From assembly GCA_027622665.1 (NCBI GenBank), contig JAQBYT010000036.1:1-42221 (forward strand): 42,221 nt of DNA, read 5' to 3'. The notes beneath the pieces were generated by a model. That model was not told the origin of the DNA. It ran no database searches and was given only the letters and a program-made list of their open reading frames with translations. A program made the position numbers and the translations under genes. The DNA is from Verrucomicrobiota bacterium (GTDB lineage: Bacteria; Verrucomicrobiota; Verrucomicrobiia; Opitutales; Seribacteraceae). Shown here one piece after another: positions 38,324-42,221 of this stretch; position 1 is the stretch's first letter; each line of letters opens with the position of its first letter.

Positions 38324-40417
38324 ATGAAAAAATCACAGCTTATTCTTTTCGGCTTAATTCTTCTACTCAACTTCGTTGGTTGCTCGGATGATCCGGCATC
38401 CCCTCCATCCACCGATCCCGTCGACGCAAACCAAACCACCAAAGGGGAAACAAACGCCACCGTATCTCCTCATCCTGAAGCGAACGGCACCGCCACCCAG
38501 GCATGGTTCGGACCTCCTCAGGGAGCTGAACTGATACTCTCTCTTCGGCCAGGGCAAATCGAAACCTCTTCAGTTGCCAAGCTAACCGACTGGATCGCTT
38601 CAGGTTTCGAAGGAAACTTCACCATCCCATCGCCCTTGCCACTCGCCCTCTTTTCGAAAGGCGAACCGGTTTACCTTTTCGTGGAAGGTGCGGAAACGAG
38701 CGTCTTGGGAGTCGCGTCAAATCCAGTCAACGAAAAGGCATCCATTCCCGGATTCACCGTCGTTAATGCACATGGTCGTCGTGCCATCGTAACGGGCGAA
38801 TCACCCGAATCGATCGTCCATGCCCAAAGTATCCTTGCGGACCAACCCTATTCCGCTTCTACCGAAAATCTCCGCTCTTTCGTCGAAAGCTTTTCATCCG
38901 CTGGATTGTATATTGCCGCGTCTGACTTCGCCGTTGATTTAGGATCCGCTCCCGGCGCTCTCTCTGCATCGGTTCGGAGCCTAAACTCCGAAACCGAACC
39001 TGTCACTCCCTCCGGAAACTTGCAATGGGAAGTCGTCCCGGGGCAGTCTGCCGCCTTCTTCGGCGCCACTGACTCCAACACTCTTCTCCAACCCTTTGCG
39101 CACTTTCTCCTCGCTCGCCTTAGCTCCGAGCACAACGCAACCGGTTCTTGGGCTTTGCGCTTCGCTCAATTACTTGATTCCGGAGGAGCGACCGGGCAAT
39201 CCTTCCCCAATCCATCCGGTGGCCATCTCTTTGCCCTCGCTCCACCTTCTGATGCAAACGCCACCATCACTCCTTTCCCCGTCCCCGCCAAGCTCAAGAG
39301 CGCCGATTCAGCCTTGCTCGTGGATTTCGCCAAACTTGGTCCTTTATTGAAATCCGGTTCCTCCTCCCTGCTCGATCGCCCCGCCTTCTCCCTCGCTTGC
39401 GAGACCGCCAAGCAACTCACGATCGGTAGCGATGCCAAGTCGCTGGATCTGAAACTCACATGGTTGGATTCCTCGGAAGACGGACTGTCTTCCTTGTTCT
39501 CTTTTCTTGAGGCTCTTTCGGTTCGGCGAACGACGAGATCTTTCTACGAAGCCATCCTAAGAAATGATGTCCCCACGGTTATGCGTATTCTGGAAACGAA
39601 AGATATTTCCTCGTTGAACTTGGCCGGGGGCATTTCCCCTCTTCATTTCTGTGCATGGCAAGGGAAGGTTGGAGTTTTGAAAGTATGCCTGGACAAAGGT
39701 TTGCAGGTGAACCGGCGCGATGATTCCAATCGCACAGCCCTACACATGGCCGCTTGGAGTGGCATGCCGGCGGCGGCTCAGCTCCTGCTTGACCGCAATG
39801 CTTCGGTCGACCTGCTCAATAACGATGGCGCCACCCCCGCGATGGAAGCCGCCCGTATTGGTAACCCGGGCACTCTCGATCTTCTCCTCGCGTCGGGCGC
39901 CGACGTGAACGCCTCCGACGCGCGAGGAAACGGTCTCGTCGAGTACGCGGCATCCGGCGGACACAAGTCTCTCGTCACCATTCTAATACGTCGTGGCGCT
40001 CCCCCGCGAAACACCTTGCACGTCGCGGCCGGAATCGGCGATCTCGCAGCCCTACGCGCCCAGTTTCCCGATAACAACTCCACCGACGCCAACACTCTCG
40101 ACGGATGGGGTGCCACACCGCTTCTATATGCAGCATCGGGTGGACAATCGGATGCCTTCGATTACCTTCTCGAAAAAGGAGCCGATCCCAGAATCAAGGA
40201 TGAACTAGGGCTCACTCTCGTTCATGCCGCGGCCATGTCCGGGCACAGCAGGATTCTAGCCAAGGCCCTAGACCTCGGCCTCGAAGTGAATGCCCGCCAC
40301 GCCGAACGTGGAGCCACCGCCTTAGACTGGGCCATCGCTCGCAAGGACGGTGTCGTTGCGGATGCGTTGCGTGCTGCTGGAGCAAAAACGGGTTGGGAAC
40401 TCGAGAGCGGTCCCTAA
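38324..40417 (+). CDS. Ankyrin-repeat lipoprotein
   Basis: Lipobox FVGC after MKKSQ signal; C-terminal G.TPL..AA..G....LL..GAD repeats (~8). Confidence 0.9.
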   Translation: MKKSQLILFGLILLLNFVGCSDDPASPPSTDPVDANQTTKGETNATVSPHPEANGTATQAWFGPPQGAELILSLRPGQIETSSVAKLTDWIASGFEGNFTIPSPLPLALFSKGEPVYLFVEGAETSVLGVASNPVNEKASIPGFTVVNAHGRRAIVTGESPESIVHAQSILADQPYSASTENLRSFVESFSSAGLYIAASDFAVDLGSAPGALSASVRSLNSETEPVTPSGNLQWEVVPGQSAAFFGATDSNTLLQPFAHFLLARLSSEHNATGSWALRFAQLLDSGGATGQSFPNPSGGHLFALAPPSDANATITPFPVPAKLKSADSALLVDFAKLGPLLKSGSSSLLDRPAFSLACETAKQLTIGSDAKSLDLKLTWLDSSEDGLSSLFSFLEALSVRRTTRSFYEAILRNDVPTVMRILETKDISSLNLAGGISPLHFCAWQGKVGVLKVCLDKGLQVNRRDDSNRTALHMAAWSGMPAAAQLLLDRNASVDLLNNDGATPAMEAARIGNPGTLDLLLASGADVNASDARGNGLVEYAASGGHKSLVTILIRRGAPPRNTLHVAAGIGDLAALRAQFPDNNSTDANTLDGWGATPLLYAASGGQSDAFDYLLEKGADPRIKDELGLTLVHAAAMSGHSRILAKALDLGLEVNARHAERGATALDWAIARKDGVVADALRAAGAKTGWELESGP

Positions 40418-40432
40418 ACGGGATAACCCGCC

Positions 40433-41674
40433 CTACCCTCCTTCTTCGTCCGCCCAAGGCTGGGCGTGATCCCCGCTCAGGGCCAACTTAGACGGAGGCG
40501 ATTCCAACTCGAAAATGCTCCATGGACCCCGCTGATACGGGTACTTGTGGAGCATCCCCTCATCCACCGTTACGCCTAATCCGGGGCCATCGGGCAACGT
40601 GAGCTCCCCATTTACGGGACGAGGCGCATCGGGAACCAATTCGTCTGACAACGGATAAGGATACATTACCCGCGAATCTCGATGGGCATACTCGGGGTAC
40701 TCTAGCCAAGCTGCCGTCTCACGAGGAAAGCAAGATCCGATCAAGGCGTCCGCCACGGTTTCCAATGCCGTGCCCCAGTTGTGAAAAGCGAAGGCGACCT
40801 TCGCACTTTCGCATAGGCCTAGAATTTTAGAAAGGCCCGAAAAGCCTCCATGGTGGGAGACGTCCGCCTGAGCGAAATCGACGCACCCTCCCTCCACTAT
40901 TTCCCTAAATCCTGCCACGTCGTGTTCGTGTTCGCCCGCTGCTACGGGAACAATATTCTTGCTGCGAAAAGCTGCGTAGGCCGCCCTATCCTCTACAGGC
41001 AAAGGTTCCTCCAGCCAAGTCACGCCCAAACCGGATACGGCTCTGGCTACCTCCTCTATAGTCTCGGCGCCGTAGGACTTGTCGCCCATTCGCCACCAAG
41101 CGTGGGCATCCATGCAGATACCCACTTCGGGTCCCAGCGCCTCGCGCATTAGCTCCACCGTGCGAACGTCCTCATCGGGTCCTAGGGCAGGCCTGTACTT
41201 GTATGCGTCGTAACCGGCTTCACAGACGGCGGCGGCCTCGTCCGCGTACTCCTCGGCCGACTGGTACATACCGGCGCTGCCATAGCAACGAACGGTATCC
41301 TGTTTTCGTCCGCCAAAAAAATCGGTTACCGAGCAGCCCTCCACCTTGCCCCACAAGTCGTACAAGGCCACCTCCACTGCTCCCGCGGCGGCAAATGCCT
41401 GTGACCCGAACTTGGCCAAGACCTTCGTCACGAAACCCGATGGATCCCCCACCTCGCATCCCAAAAGCAGTTTCCGCAATTGGTCGTTCACCATCGCCGC
41501 AGTCGACTCGGACGCGGCGCCGGGACCAAATCCGCACAATCCCGAATCAGTCGACACCTTCACATACAAGGCATCTCGTTTCAGGATGGTGCGCTCGCCC
41601 CCATGGAACGGCAGTCGCACCGGTTCCGGCATGGGACAGGATAAAAGAAAGGCCCGCACCTCGGTTATTTTCAT
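40433..41674 (-). CDS. Mandelate racemase/muconate-lactonizing enzyme (enolase superfamily)
   Basis: MKITEV start, VEVALYDLWGK, KxR, metal ligands MDAH / WLEEP / AAGE, AFHNW. Confidence 0.9.
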   Translation of the reverse strand: MKITEVRAFLLSCPMPEPVRLPFHGGERTILKRDALYVKVSTDSGLCGFGPGAASESTAAMVNDQLRKLLLGCEVGDPSGFVTKVLAKFGSQAFAAAGAVEVALYDLWGKVEGCSVTDFFGGRKQDTVRCYGSAGMYQSAEEYADEAAAVCEAGYDAYKYRPALGPDEDVRTVELMREALGPEVGICMDAHAWWRMGDKSYGAETIEEVARAVSGLGVTWLEEPLPVEDRAAYAAFRSKNIVPVAAGEHEHDVAGFREIVEGGCVDFAQADVSHHGGFSGLSKILGLCESAKVAFAFHNWGTALETVADALIGSCFPRETAAWLEYPEYAHRDSRVMYPYPLSDELVPDAPRPVNGELTLPDGPGLGVTVDEGMLHKYPYQRGPWSIFELESPPSKLALSGDHAQPWADEEGG

Positions 41675-41973
41675 CGATTTGAAATAAAAATCAGACTCCC
41701 ACGTGTGCCGTGCATCGCGGTCATAGGTTCTTTGACCTTTCAAGGTCCAGGTGGGTACCTTCGAGACGCCTTTTGTCTTCCGATTTACGGCATGACATCC
41801 AACGCCTAACGAATGATTCCCTTTATAATAACAGAGTAAAGGAAAAGAACCAAGGTGCTTCTCGAACACCGCAGAAGTCTGGAACGCACTTTGGACTAAA
41901 GTTAAGAACGGGTCAAGTGATGACTAATGCCTAATGCCACTCGAAAATTGCATGCCCGCATTTTCCCAAAGTT

Positions 41974-42184
41974 GTTATTGCGAGCCCGTACAGAGCGTAG
42001 CAATACCCACACTCTTGTCATTGCGAGTCACAAAGTGACGTGGTAATCCAGTCAGGATCGTCTCACTCCACGCTGTCATTGCGAGCCCGTTAGGGCGTGG
42101 CAATCCAGTCTGTTTCGATGCGTCGGGTTGCCCAAGCGTCCGCTGGATTGACGCGTGGCCCCATTCGGGTCTCCTCGCAATGAC
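41974..42184. repeat. Cluster of REP/RPE-like palindromic repeats (GTCATTGCGAG...GTGGCAATCC family)
   Basis: Three direct copies at 41974, 42017 and 42075; the third pairs with an inverted copy CTGGATTG...CTCGCAATGAC at 42143-42184. Confidence 0.8.
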
Positions 42185-42221
42185 AACGTGAAAACAGGTG
42201 GCTTTCCGACCGTTCCGCTGG

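Noticed and set aside
41675..41869. 65-aa N-terminal extension of the mandelate racemase-like ORF
   Set aside because: The family starts at MKITEV; the upstream translation looks non-coding
41974..42184. Possible CRISPR array
   Set aside because: Repeats vary internally, gaps between them are short and irregular, one copy is inverted, and no cas genes are present

Overview
Bacterial chromosomal window, most likely from a marine Verrucomicrobiota (Opitutales-like) genome. This is inferred from a TIGR02597-like gene, a PVC-type giant surface protein, FabV and DciA. The first 13.2 kb is the 3' part of a giant (>4390 aa) secreted adhesin-like protein. It is followed by lipid and housekeeping genes (desaturase, ispA, fabV, dciA, POT transporter, comM/yifB, isochorismatase, M23 peptidase, glycosyltransferase, rhodanese). 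A small AT-rich cluster encodes candidate DNA-binding proteins. A block of envelope proteins follows (heme-c protein, TIGR02597-like, disordered lipoprotein, coiled-coil membrane protein, LRR protein, ankyrin lipoprotein), then an enolase-superfamily enzyme and palindromic repeats at the right edge. No rRNA, tRNA, CRISPR array, integrase or transposase was seen. Two signals stand out. (1) Several exported proteins are strongly enriched in the acidic D/E-x-N-x-S/T sequon, pointing to a Campylobacter PglB-like N-glycosylation system, although no pglB gene is in the window. (2) Lectin-like and other modules are repeatedly inserted inside the loops of scaffold domains in two surface proteins. All domain calls come from motif recognition by eye; no database searches were run.
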